From Ascidiella aspersa (Eukaryota), in contig OZ004607.1 of assembly GCA_963924565.1 (NCBI GenBank), forward strand, positions 32,488,001 to 32,552,000: 64,000 nt of DNA, read 5' to 3'. Below are positions 25,519-38,100 of the stretch, piece after piece. Under the pieces are notes generated by a model. That model was given only the letters and a program-made list of their open reading frames with translations. It had not been told where the DNA came from and did not search any database. Made by a program: the position numbers and the translations under genes. Position 1 is the stretch's first letter. Each line of letters begins with the position of its first letter.

Positions 25519-28500
25519 AGAGATAAAAATGCCCCCTTTCCCTCTTAAACTTCAGCATTTCAGCACCCATCCACAGCCTTTTAAGTTCCCCCCGTTTTTT
25601 TGCGGGCGAATCGTCCAGTTTCCCAATCCCTCGCCGAAGTGCCTTTATCAGTTTGTATCTATCCAGTCCGACTCCACATGTATCCGCATATGTACTGCCA
25701 TCTCACCTATCCGTCCCACTTCACTTCCCCATCCCCACCCTTAACCCCTTGTTTGAAAAAAAGTCCGTGAGTTTCAAGTTTGCGTCTCGTGCCGCTGGCA
25801 TTGATTGTCAGGCGTGTTTGCCTTTTTCTATTCCTTTTATACGAAAAAACATTAGAGGCGGCCCTCTGGCAGGGTCCTTTGTATTACGTGTGATTTTCTT
25901 TCTGTGCTTGTGTAATGTAATGTATGTTCATGTGTGCGTACCTTAACTACTATTATCCGTCGCCTTCGCTTTGAAAGCGCGGCGTGCTGACAAAGGGTCA
26001 TTACGGAAAAGCCACTTCCCAAAGCGCGCTCCAGACATCAGCAATTGGCGCGACCTCAGTCGCAACCGGGAAAAACACCCCCTAAATTGACTGCATCTGC
26101 CCTAAAAGGCCGCAATCCGGGCGGGCACTGCGCACGCAACGACCAGTCGATAACGCTCGCTTTTGCCGAGGCCAGCGCCAAATCAGTTAACCCGTCGCCG
26201 CGCTCGGTCAAAACAAGCGCGCTGGAAGTAATACCGGGGCAATCGGAGCCTCTAGCCCTCCAATACGTCACCTAAACTCGCCGTGACGTCGCATTTGGCA
26301 GCTCCACTCGGCACTGGCTAGCAAAGCAATCGCCGAGCGAATTTACCGATTGCTGTCGTTCTTTTGATTGGAGGGGGAGGCATGTCGAAAGGCGGTCGGC
26401 TGTTTGCGCAAAAACGAGACGCATGGGAACCGCGGCGCCACTGTTTACCCGAGGCCCACTCACTAAAGGGTTGAGAAACAGCAACAGAAAAACCCGGGGG
26501 CTGATTTCGTTAGCGGCTGTAACCGGACGCTATGATTTCTGTGCGAAAGCTTTCGCCCAGCAGGTGTGGAGAAAAGGGTTCGAAAAAGTGGGTGGAAGGG
26601 CAAAAAACATTATTTCAGTTTCCAGGGCGACAACGAAAACAACCTCGCCGAAAGCAAGCGCGCAAAAATACTCAACTGGGCCAATAATCCAGCGCTGCCA
26701 CGCTTGGTAGAGAAGCGCAAACGTCCGCAACGCCGAGCCTCGCACGCTAGCTGCTGTTTCACAACGGTTCGAGCGCGAGCGATGTATTTTTTTACGACGG
26801 GGTACTGCACGTGGCTCGCTTTTAGGGTCTCGCTTGGTCTCGCTCGCCTGAACGCCCGAATCAGAACCGCGCGTTTTACGAAATCTAGTGTTCGATCGCT
26901 ATTTCCTGCTCGCGCTGGAAAAACAACCCTTTGTACTTGTAGCACAGGAGCGCAACAAGCAAACTGTTTGTCGCTGACAGCGCATATATACAATTGTAAC
27001 ATGAAAACAACGCGATATGGTCCAAATAAGAAATTAGCGATTTCGGAAATATTTAAACCAGCTCTTTTGAATTAACGTACTCCTATATTCTGTCGGTGAG
27101 ATTATGCAATACGCAAGCACGTCCATGCTTCTTTAAAATCGAAGTAGTAAACTGAAAAATGTTGTTACATGCCTTCATTAGAGCACGCATTTCAAAAAAA
27201 GTGTAATATTATTGTGCACAAAGCCTGCAATTTGTTTCGACGCGCCAACGTGTTATTTCCATACTTTGGCGCTCACATATTACAAACTCACATTCCATAT
27301 CGGCCAGTGACGTCATTGCCGGGTGCTTTCCAAGCGATAATGCTCGGTTCGTGTCCGCTCAAAGGCAGGCGAGGCTCGGGTCGAGAGGTCTCCAGGCTCT
27401 TAAAACACCACTGACGGCCGATATTAGGCGAATTAATTCGTAAATTCCACTCAAAGGCGCTTAAATCGCTGGCGGATTAAGCTAGCGTACATGTAAATGG
27501 CGCGGTTTGGCGTGTTTTGGGCGCTACAGATTGCGGCCCACGGTAGCGCTAAGCCGCTAGCACCGACAGACACGCGCGGAAGTAGCCCTGGCCACAATCC
27601 CGGGGCTGCAAAACGCGGTTGCAAATTCTGGCTTGCTCGTGACCCAGCAAAACCTCGCTGGAATATAGAACGTGCGTTTAGAGTTGGAGGCGTGACGTTG
27701 GCGTGTGCTCAAGCGGAACCGCGGGCTGCGAACAATAGAGACGAGTGTTCGTTTTTTTTGCGCTCGGCTGGCGAACAAAGCGATGGTTAGAGATGGTTCG
27801 TTTTTTTTTCTATTTCGACTTTGGTGGGCGATCGGAGATAGTAAACGTTTGCGAAGGGTGGAATAAGCTTTATGCCTAAAGGGTTGCGCGACTTTGAATG
27901 AGAATACTGCGTTAAAATAGCACTTCCAAACCACTGAATGCTTTGTGGTCAAATATACTTAAGTAGATGGATTTTTGACTTTGAATACTGCGTAAAAGCG
28001 ATTTTAAGTGGATTATTTTTACTGTGCCATTTAGTCGCATGCGTAAAAGTAGCGTAGCGACTGGTACATGGAAAGTGACAAGCGAAAATGACCCAAATTG
28101 CGTTGCGAGTTATCGGATAAAAATCGCGTCCTGGGCGTGCGCGTTGATTGTGTTTGTAGCGGAGCCTTTGCTCGTAACTCGAAACAGGACGCTCGAAGAA
28201 ATATTGCGAGCCAGTCGGATAAAGATCTTCAAGGATAAAGAGGGCCTAAACGAAATAGCGGGCCCGTTTAAAGTGGTTTACGCCCGCGGCCAATACCTCC
28301 AACGTGCGTATATAGTCTTGAATCACGCTCCGAAATAGGCGCAGGTGCGGCTCATCCGCTACACGCAAAGTCGTAAGTTCAAAGCCCGTTGAATATAGCC
28401 GCCATTTATCGCCATCGTAATCAGCTGAGTCATAACGCCTTTGTCGCAAAATATTACCACCTCCCACGCAACCGGCCCTTGAGTAACCTGCATACAGTAA

Positions 28501-30695
28501 TACACGCCCTTAAAGCCCCTTTTTACTTAGAATAACGATAAAAATACCCAATTTTAGGTTATATTGTAGAAATTAACGTTTTATAAATAAATTAAAACAT
28601 AAACAATACCGCATTAAAGGGAGAAATTAACATTAACCTAGCCACATTAAACAGCAAACTTTTAGCGTAAAATTATCAGCTGTAAAATCAGGATAAATTT
28701 ACACTTTGATGGCGTAAGAATCGAAACGCATTTACCTCGCGCGGTCTGGCCCGAAAGTGTAGTTCAAAGTTCCCAGACCCCCCTCCCCCCCCAAAAAAAT
28801 TCAAAACTCCGGAGAGCGTTTCTCGCGTTTCGTGTCCAGCGGCCGCCGCTCGATTTTTCTTCCGCGCTGCGGTTTCCCGACGGCTCAATGCGAGTTATTT
28901 CGAGAGCGATCGGCCACATGGTCGGGCTTTGATTGTGCGTCGCCCAGGCGGTGTGTTTTTCTCAATCTGGCCTCCAGCTTGAAGCAACCTGCGGCGGATA
29001 AACAAGCTGCCATGTCGCGCGATGCCAAGATCGCCAGACGCAAGGCAAACAGACATCCTCGTAATGTGTATTTAAATTCCCGCCTACACCGATAGACACC
29101 CAGTTAGCTTGACATCGCGTCAACACCGGGGCAAAACACACTGTCAAAAAAGCGCCCGCCGTTATGTAGCCCATGCAAGGTTGCCCCAGTCGAGCGCTGA
29201 AAAACAAAGCGCGTGCAAAACGAGCTGGAAACGGGCAGATATAGGGCTCGTTTTGGCAAACGGAAACCCGCCCGTCTTTGCCAGACGTCTGGAGGACACG
29301 CATGGCCGCGCGCCGTCGCAAAGGCCCGGGGTTGGTGGTGAAATTTGGGCAACCGCTGCCGAAAAGGACGGGTTTCGAAGTTGCTTAGGGTAATATGACT
29401 TTAAATGTTTTGCGAGATGAATTCAAGGTTACATGAATAATCGAAATTTTAGTTTTCATTCCAATAAGCTTGACATTTTTATAAAATGCTTAAAATTCTC
29501 TTTTTTGTATTTTACGATTTAAAACCCAGCATAGGAACTTTAGGTTTTAATTCTCTCTAGTAAAAATACCCCTCCCACCTTGTTAAGTTCAAAACTGTAG
29601 TTGTCATTTCGCGTACGATTTTTCCTAAGCCTTCGCCTTTGTTTGGCCAATGTTTTTCCCGCCCCTGCATCAGCACGCCGTCGCCTTGTACATTTACCGT
29701 TCTCGTGCATTTCACGCGACCCGTCGCTTTGGACGCCACCATTATCGAACGCGTTCGAACGTCGCGCCATCGCTTCGGATTTCGGCCGATTTTGAACAAC
29801 AACATGTTGACTCGAAATCGCTGCTGATTGGTGGAAGCGAGCACGTGACGTACGACCCTATGTATATTGAAAATCCATTTTAAGTTTTAACCCGATGCTT
29901 GCTGGCTAAGCGTACAGTATCCACCTGTGTATACACCAAGCTGCGTCCATGCAGCCTATACTGGATTTACGTCGCGGCCTGCTGCCGTTTGAATTGCGAA
30001 AACGCCATGATTTTTGTGTACTTACTGCTGCTGCTCCCCTGTCTACTTTGTTGGCTGCTCCTACAGTGATTTATTGCCATTACAGTACAGTCCTTTCATC
30101 GACATCTCTCAGTCACAGTTTTTGTGCCCTCTTGTACGCGAAAAAGTGCGCGTTCGTTTTTCCTACTCTCTTACCAGTCTAATTTGTTTTCTACTGAAGT
30201 TGCAGGCAATGTTTTCTCGATTTTTTTGAAAGTTGGCTGTGCCAAAAATTACCCCTTCCGCCGCTCCCCAGAGGAGAGTAATTTATTTGTTGAAAATAAA
30301 AATGCCGGACATTTGCATTCTGTTGCGAATCAGCTGAGCTGAGAAAAAATTTTACGCCCCTTCTTACTGGCTAAGATTGTTGTTGCTGTTGATTTCACGA
30401 AATCTCATCACTTCACCATGTACGTGTTTATGCAGTAGAAGCCATAGTAAAACTGGACATTTTACAGCCTTTAAACTTTTGCTAAACCCTATCTAAAGCT
30501 ATTGAATCCGTACCGCAACCTGTCAATATATTCACTGCCATCGATACTTGTTTTGGCGTTGCAGCGTTTGAAAAAATAAAGAAAATTGCATCGGAGTTAA
30601 GTACTGCTTTATTGAAAAGACGTTTGCAATATACGTAAGCTTAAAGCGTAAAAAGTGTAACAGAAAAAAATACACTTTAAAAACTAAAAAAATCT

Positions 30696-31260
30696 AAATC
30701 TAAACGTGTTTAGTGAATACAGTGAAACCAGTAGGTGTAAGTTGAGGAAAAAGACAGAAAATATGCCAGAAATAATGTGTTGAAAACGCATGCACACATG
30801 CAGTCTATGTACATAGTTAAAAATATATTGTTTAGAGTAGAGCCGTTGTTTGGCTATATTTTAATCTTTTCCGTTTACCATGCTTTCACAAAAGAGAGCG
30901 GTAACGCTCACGTGAAGAGATATTAGTTACAAAATTGTGCCTACAATTGGAGCCTTTACAACCACCTTCATTATAACTTTATAAAATCTAAACGTGTTTA
31001 GTGAATACAGTGACACCTATAAGTGTTAGTTGGAGAAAAAATAGTGTTAGTTTGAAAGAAAATAGAAAATTATACGGGTATTTTTTGGCTGAAAATGAAA
31101 GCAAGGAAAAACATAATGTAAACTATTTCGATGGTTAGGGCCTTTGTTTGATCATATTTGTATAATGTTTTTCCTTTACCATGCTTTCACAAAATAGAGG
31201 GAACAAACGTTAAAGTAAAGAGACATTAGGTACAAAATTGTGCCTAAAATTGGAGCTTTG
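30696..31260 (+). repeat. Tandem duplication, ~290 bp unit x2
   Basis: AAATCTAAACGTGTTTAGTGAATACAGTGA at ~30696 and ~30984; TTTACCATGCTTTCACAAAA and CAAAATTGTGCCTA-AATTGGAGC in both units. Confidence 0.8.
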
Positions 31261-31623
31261 CGCTTTACAAAGTCGAAACGTCTTTGTTGCTGTATCATTT
31301 TCTCCCAGAGCAATCGACTAATCCCGAAATCGATCCGAGTCGTGTAGGTCCAGGAAAAACATGTAATTAGTGCTATTTACAACTTGAAGCACAATGGCCC
31401 GCAAATGGTCGAGCCATTCCACCTACTCGCTCCAACGGAGCCTTACAAATCCCTATAAAATGACCCCGTTAATGTTCGGGGAATGTGTGGGTGGCATGGG
31501 GGCAAATTGTAGCCGGCAATTTTGCCCCACACCATTTCCCTAAATGTAACACTTCAATCCCAACTGCTCAGTATTAACACTATATCAGGTTGCCTTGAAT
31601 TCAGCTGGGATGATATTCTAGTA

Positions 31624-31955
31624 CAGGGGTTCTTAAACTTTTTTCACTCTGGACCTCTAAAATTTATTTACGCGTGGACCACGGTAGGCAAGAAAATTAA
31701 AAAAGGACGTCATAAATTCACGTCACAGTGCAAATAAACTTCATAAATCTGCTGAATTCGGTCCAAGAAAACGTGAAAGTAAAATGAAGTCTAACTACAT
31801 TCAGTACAAAACCGTTTTATAATTAATTGAATTGTTTTTATTTAAAAATTTATTACTTCTTAAATATACACTAATATTTCAATTAGGTCTTCATGGACCC
31901 CCTAAATCTAGTTCACGGACTCAAAGGGGTATGGACCCCAGTTTAAGAACGCGTG
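31624..31955. mobile_element. hAT-superfamily MITE, same family as 4322-4647
   Basis: CAGGGGTTCTTAAACT ... AGTTTAAGAACGCGTG; TSD TTCTAGTA/TTTTAGTA (7/8); shared internal GACGTCATAAATT and ACATTCAGT. Confidence 0.8.
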
Positions 31956-32567
31956 TTTTAGTAGGAAGTTCTGCTTAAAAAGTCGTTTAATTTACAGGCT
32001 CTGGAGGTAGAAGGGTGGTAAAAAATTGTTTTTTACATGAAATGTTTGTGTTTAAATGTCCAGACACAACAAGGACAATTTATGTTTTAATAAAATTGCC
32101 AAAAAAAGTTCTGCAAAACGCAATGTGATCAAACACTTTTTGTGGCAAAACTCAACACGTATCTGATACAATCATCTGACTCAATTATCTGATTGGTTAC
32201 AACTGGATTGCCGGACGGTAGTGCCTCTGACCAGGGCAGAAATTTATTTATAGAGAGATGTACACTTAACAAAACACTGAGCGAAACTTCCCGGTTTGTC
32301 ACTGGACGATAAGCCGTAGGGCCCACACTTAAAACCGGGACGTGGCGACAAATCAAAGCAATCGGCCATTGGAAGTTCCTTTTCGCTTGACAGGGAGAAA
32401 ACTACTGTCCGAGATACGGGGAAAAAAGGCCAGAGGGGTTCAACGAAAACCAGATATGAGCTAAAATTGCCGCGACAGTTGCGTTGGAAAACTTAACCCT
32501 GGACCAGTTAGAGTAAAGTCACCCTTTTTTTTGTTTTGTCGTGCCGTTTTTGCTAAATACCCTATGG

Positions 32568-32874
32568 TATGGGTGGACAACCTGTGACATATGTGCCAAC
32601 GTCTGCGTATTGAACGATGATTGCAACAAGCTTGCCTCACTACTCCCCAGATTATAGAAGAACAAACCTAAAAAAAAATGTAATAATTACTGATTTCAAG
32701 ATAAAAGTACAGCAGCAATTTAATATCCTAAACACAGTAATGATTGTTATTCATTTTATTGTTTGCTGTGTATCTTTTAACTATCTTCTAAAGACAATAA
32801 ACAGGTTTTGCGACGCATCTTCGGTGAAAGTGAAAACCAAATGACGCTTTGGGCCTAAAGGTGGACCACCCCTG
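32568..32874. mobile_element. Degenerate hAT-type MITE
   Basis: TATGGGTGGACAACC ... GGTGGACCACCCCTG; degenerate 8-bp TSD CCCTATGG/CTCTATAG (6/8). Confidence 0.55.
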
Positions 32875-35196
32875 CTCTATAGGAAGAAAAAACCTTGCCC
32901 TTGGAAAGAAGCTGTGTAAAATTATTTTAATTGGGGCAAATAAAGCCACAAAACCGTGGTTGAAGAGTATTGGTGGTTTTCGTAGTGCTATATAAAGGCT
33001 GCCTCGTGTAAACTCTCTAACAAGTGAGCTAGGCAAAACGGTTTACTGAACCGTTACGCTTTGCTGAAGCTCTGTGCCAGCTAGGACACTTCACAGCCAA
33101 CGAAGCGAGTCGGCGTCAGCAATCTCTGCTGCTGCTGCCTCGCTTCTGTACAGCCCAGTAAACGTAGAAAAACGAACCACGCGTTTTGCAATGCTGGATT
33201 GGATTTTGATGCCAACAGCTTCATGCAGGATGTACCCTGTTTGTTTGTTTTTATTTCTACTAAAGCACAGAAGCATTTAGTTCCTGTATTAAAATCATTT
33301 TATTTAAACCAAATAATTTTTGTTTTTAATCACGAACCATACTACTTCATATTGTAGTTTTTCTTTAAAAAAAGAATTGCTTTTAACTGTTGTAACAGCA
33401 TTTATTCAACGTATTGCAGCTATCTTTGAAGAACTTTACAGAAGTACTCCTTTTAGTACACTCACATTCCTTATTACGTTTGTATTCAAGGTCACAGGGC
33501 ATTTTGGTTTGTGTCATTGAATATATCGTACTTCCAAATCCTCTTAGAATTTACAAAGGCTGAACGGAAAGTGACAAATGGTCAAAGAGTGGAGCTAGCT
33601 AAATTTTAAATCATGCGAAATTATTCATGGTTGTTGGTTATTTCAGATGACCGCTGGCAAAGTAAACCGATAGGCACGCTAGAAATAGCTGGAAATATGA
33701 TCCGTCAGGTTTTCAAAATTGCCCTGTAAGTTGGCCTAATGCAAATATTTTGATCTATTCAAGAAATTTGCTATTTTACCACATTGTAAGTTGCGTGCGA
33801 CACCTAACGGTGTGAAGTAACTTTGAACACTAGAGAACGAGCATCTGTATTTGTTATGTGACGTGTTTGTTTTGAGTCTACAGTCACTAGAAAATTCTGT
33901 TTGGAAACGTTTTGGCATTTTTTTCCTTTTCCCGTACACATCCTGCCTACTGACGTGATTAACTAACAATTTAGTCCCGAACGCATTCGCTTTTCCTTCG
34001 ACGTTAGTTGTACTGTATGCGCATTGTACTGCACGACATGCACGCCTTACTTGCGAGACGCGGTTTTACTGCGCTGTAAGCTGTTTATTCAAAGCGGAGT
34101 TATGCTGAATTTTTCGAATGAACAATAAATCTATAGGCAACCTGACAGTATGCACATGCACTTTGAAGTACAATGGCAGTTTAATTTCGATTTGTCTCCT
34201 TGTTGAAATATACCGATCAAAATAAAGTTTTTATCTAATGATTTTAATAAGTTTAGACAATTTCGGTTTATTGCACCTCCTTTTTAGAAAGTGGATGCTT
34301 TATAAGGCTTTTTCGGATTTAAAAAATCAATAGAGACTTAGAAGATCTCTATGGATAGCATTATAAAATGTATTTAAATTTTAACTGATTTATAGTGATA
34401 GATGATTTTGTAAGTGTTTTGCAATTTACATAGATTTATTCCGATTGTTTTTTAAATCCATCAGCGAATTACAGGATAAATAAGAGTAAGAATCAATTAT
34501 GTTGTTTATTACTTACAACGCATGTCTTAGGGCCGTGCGTAAAGTTGTCACCAAAATCTTTCCTCCGACGTTATTTCTTGGCGCAAAAACAAGTCGCTCT
34601 TTTCCCGCCGCTTTGCTGTTAAATGTAAATTCCTCATAAAAACACGGGTTTAGCTACGAAAATTATCCTTTTTTTGTATCTATTATTCACCAATCTTGAT
34701 TTGTTACACACCTCATTGTAAATAAACTGTCATGCTGTTTTATGACCACCTGTTAGGCATTGCTTAATGCTGCAAAATGAGGGTGTTTTTACAATAAAAT
34801 AATATGTATAGTTTAGCATTAAGGAAGTTAAAAATAAGTTGTATAAGACGCTCTAGTTAAAATAAATTGTATAGGACGTTTGCAACAAATAGTGAGGCGA
34901 AAATTTGAGTGCCGGCCAACATCGAAATGGCCTCAAAGGCTGGCTATATTTGTGGCGCACGTATATATAGGAGGATAACCTTTGTTTGACTGGCCGCTAA
35001 TGTTTTGTGCGGTATGCTGAAAGGCTTGTGATACAAAATGTTCCAGTAGCCAATATTTTGCTTGTGTTCCAATACCGTCAATTAATAGGTTGTTTTATCT
35101 AGAACGTAGTAGACAGACAGAAACAGTGGTTTTCGGTTTTGGTATCTGAGCAACAAAAAGTTTTTTTTTTAAATTTTTTTCTACCGAAGGCACAGG

Positions 35197-38100
35197 ATGA
35201 CGAAGTACACCGCTCGGAACATAATTCTGTTTATTCCCAATATAATAGGTGAGTATTGTTTAATACAAGTGTTGTAGTAAATTCTTACGAAATATCTTGT
35301 AAACAAAGAACGGCGTCACCCTTTATAAATATTTCTACTTTGACCTGATCAGATCATCTGTGCGAAAGTTGTCAAGATTTTTGTGCCCTTTGCCTTTAAG
35401 TGACACTTAGTTTCCAGATACGAAATTCGACAATTATACGGCTACCACAACAGAGACCTTATAAAATATAAATAGAGACTCTTCAAATTGCCTTCCCCTT
35501 TTATTATGTTTCATGTCTCGATTCTATAACATATAGAAAATTCGGACCACAAAAATAACGAGTGTGAAGAATTCAAGTTTTTATTATCGATACAAATCAA
35601 AAATACTGTGTTTTATCGACTGCAATTGTCAATATGTGAAAAAAAGTGAAAAATATATTTGCAGGTTATGTTCGGGTTGTCCTTATTCTGACGACGTTTT
35701 GGTTATTTTCTAATTGCTACAAAACTGCCTCGATATGCTACTTTTTAAGCGTCATTCTCGATGTGTTAGATGGAACAGTTGCTAGAAAATTCAAACAAGT
35801 ATACGATTTGATAACATATATTAGCTTTAACTTAAGATAGCTATATGCTTCAATATCTGTTAATATTCTAGTTGCACAGTTGTGCTCACTCTTGAGTAAA
35901 AGTATAACATTACCATGTTAGAAAAACAAACAAAGCTACAGGGTAAAAATAACCAAACTGAGGAGAAAAAGTTGTTAAATTTTTGTTTGTTGGTTCTTAT
36001 TTCGTGCCACTACCGATCACCAAATTTAAAAACCATGGTGACTATTCTTACCATTCAGATTGGCCTAGTCCTGTACATATCCTAGACAAACAGTTTACAA
36101 TCTCATGTCTATCGCTTAATGTATAGTGTTTCTCAACTCATAGGTCGCCGTTTAATTTGGCTGGTTCGCCAACTGCAACAGTTCTCATGTTTAGATTTTT
36201 CAGGATTGGCTCTGGAAAATATTTTTCCAAAATTTTAAAAATTACCGAGGCAACACGAAAACATGATTTATATTAATTAAATTAAAACTTATTGTAGACA
36301 TAAAAGGTTCAGTAGAAAGAGAATTTTATCGCCAAATTGTTACACTTAACTCAGTATTTGGCTTGTCGCAAAAAGTAGCTGGGAAACACGGAAACGGAAA
36401 TACACCGGACTGTACTTAATGCGGTCCGCCAATGCAGCTATATACGAAACCGTTTTTTTAACTTCATTAAGCCCCGTTTATTGTTATTGACGCTTTTGAA
36501 CGAAGAAATGCAAAAAAAAGTTTAAAACATAGTTTTACCTCAATGATGGACCAACTGTTTCTCTTTAAGTTGTTTCTTTTCAATAAACGTTAAATTTTCC
36601 TCGTACTGAATATCTTTGCATTGTGTCGTTTCAGTGCAGCAGACTCGGCGCCGTACTAGACCTGGTTACGGACATGCTTGGAAATGCGGGCCTGTGTATG
36701 GCCCTGGCCCATTTCTACCCACGCTACATGGTTTTATTCCAAATAAGGTGAAAACATAACTTTAACGACATGAAATTACAGATAGAAAATATTGCGTTCA
36801 AACTAAATGCGTCATGTAAAAATTGTTGCTTTTTAATCAATCAATAAGATTGTTTTACTGCCTTTTCAACAATGCGTGATAAGTTAATAGCCAATCTCCT
36901 CTCTTGAAATTTTCGACTATGCTTTATATCTTTTGTTAAGGGTGATGATTGAAGTCGGGAGTCATTGGTTGTATTTACATTCCACACTGCTTTGTGGAAG
37001 CTCCAACCACAAAGATATAGATACGACCACAGTCGACAACAACCTTATTTTCCTATTTTTTAAAGTGTATTACAAATCAATTGTAAGTCGAAAACTAAGC
37101 TGCGTTGCTTTATGATTTTAAAACAGGGAGTCGAACCGAACCCGAACCGAACCTTTATCAACCGGTTTTGAGCCATTATTTTTCCCGAACTGTAAACGAA
37201 CTTGAACCGTTTTTTAAAGGGCCGAACCAGAACTGAACCGAATATTTTCGAAAGAACTTGAACCGTAACCGAACCCGAACATGTCAAAAACGTGTTCACT
37301 CCAGCATGACGCCTTACAGAGTCGAGTTATGCCACGTTTAAAATTTTATGAAAAATATGACTATTTTAAAACGCTGCTTTTAATTTTTTTAGATTTTAGT
37401 AATGAGCTGCTTTCTTTTTAATAGGTCACGAAACTTAGATTTGATACGAGTTACAATTCAATAATCATTCTCTACATTTATTGACCCACATTTGCAACTT
37501 CTATTGCATCCCAAACGGAACTTCATAATACGGTTTTAAAAAACAATGGTCCATCCGGAGCTGAACTTTTGATTTGCTCCAACCTGAAACCGGAACTGAA
37601 CCGTATTTCGAAAAAAATCCTTGAACCGGATAAGCAAAACGGTTCGACTCCCTGATTTTTCAAATGGCATAAAAATATCATATTTTTGATTTTTATGCGG
37701 GTGGTGTCCGTTTAGATCGCTTACTATAACCAAAACGTGTATAAATGTTTTCGGGAAATATAAATTGTAAATGAGTATTTGCGAATTTTGCTGTTTAATA
37801 CATGAAGCTACATTGGAATCGATGAAAACCAAAATACAATTGTAAATTTTCGATATGGATGCGTTTTAACGAGAATTTTTACTACAGTTGTATGAACTTA
37901 AAATTTATTTGTCTGTGATTAAAACAATATTTATTAGGTTTCAATATAAAAAGCCGTTCTTACAATTTTTGCATTGTTTAGATATCACATCCAAAAAATA
38001 TCACATCCTGTTTTAACTTAACGAGCTGGTTATTTTGGTTAGAATCCGGAATTTCTATTTAGGATTCAAAGAAATAGGTTATACTGTCAGTTTTACATAA

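Noticed and set aside
28350-28432. Second SINE-like B-box (GTCGTAAGTTCAAAGCCCG...AATCAGCTGAGTC)
   Set aside because: Too degenerate, with no full second copy in the window to define it.
16884-30342. Longer ORFs in intron 1 and downstream (e.g. 20774-21307, 26566-27075) as nested genes
   Set aside because: No homology I recognise, no coherent splice structure or codon bias; cannot be excluded without RNA or ribosome profiling.
31497-31530. Short palindrome GGGGCAAATTG...CAATTTTGCCCC as a terminator or ncRNA
   Set aside because: More likely a transposon remnant; no supporting context.
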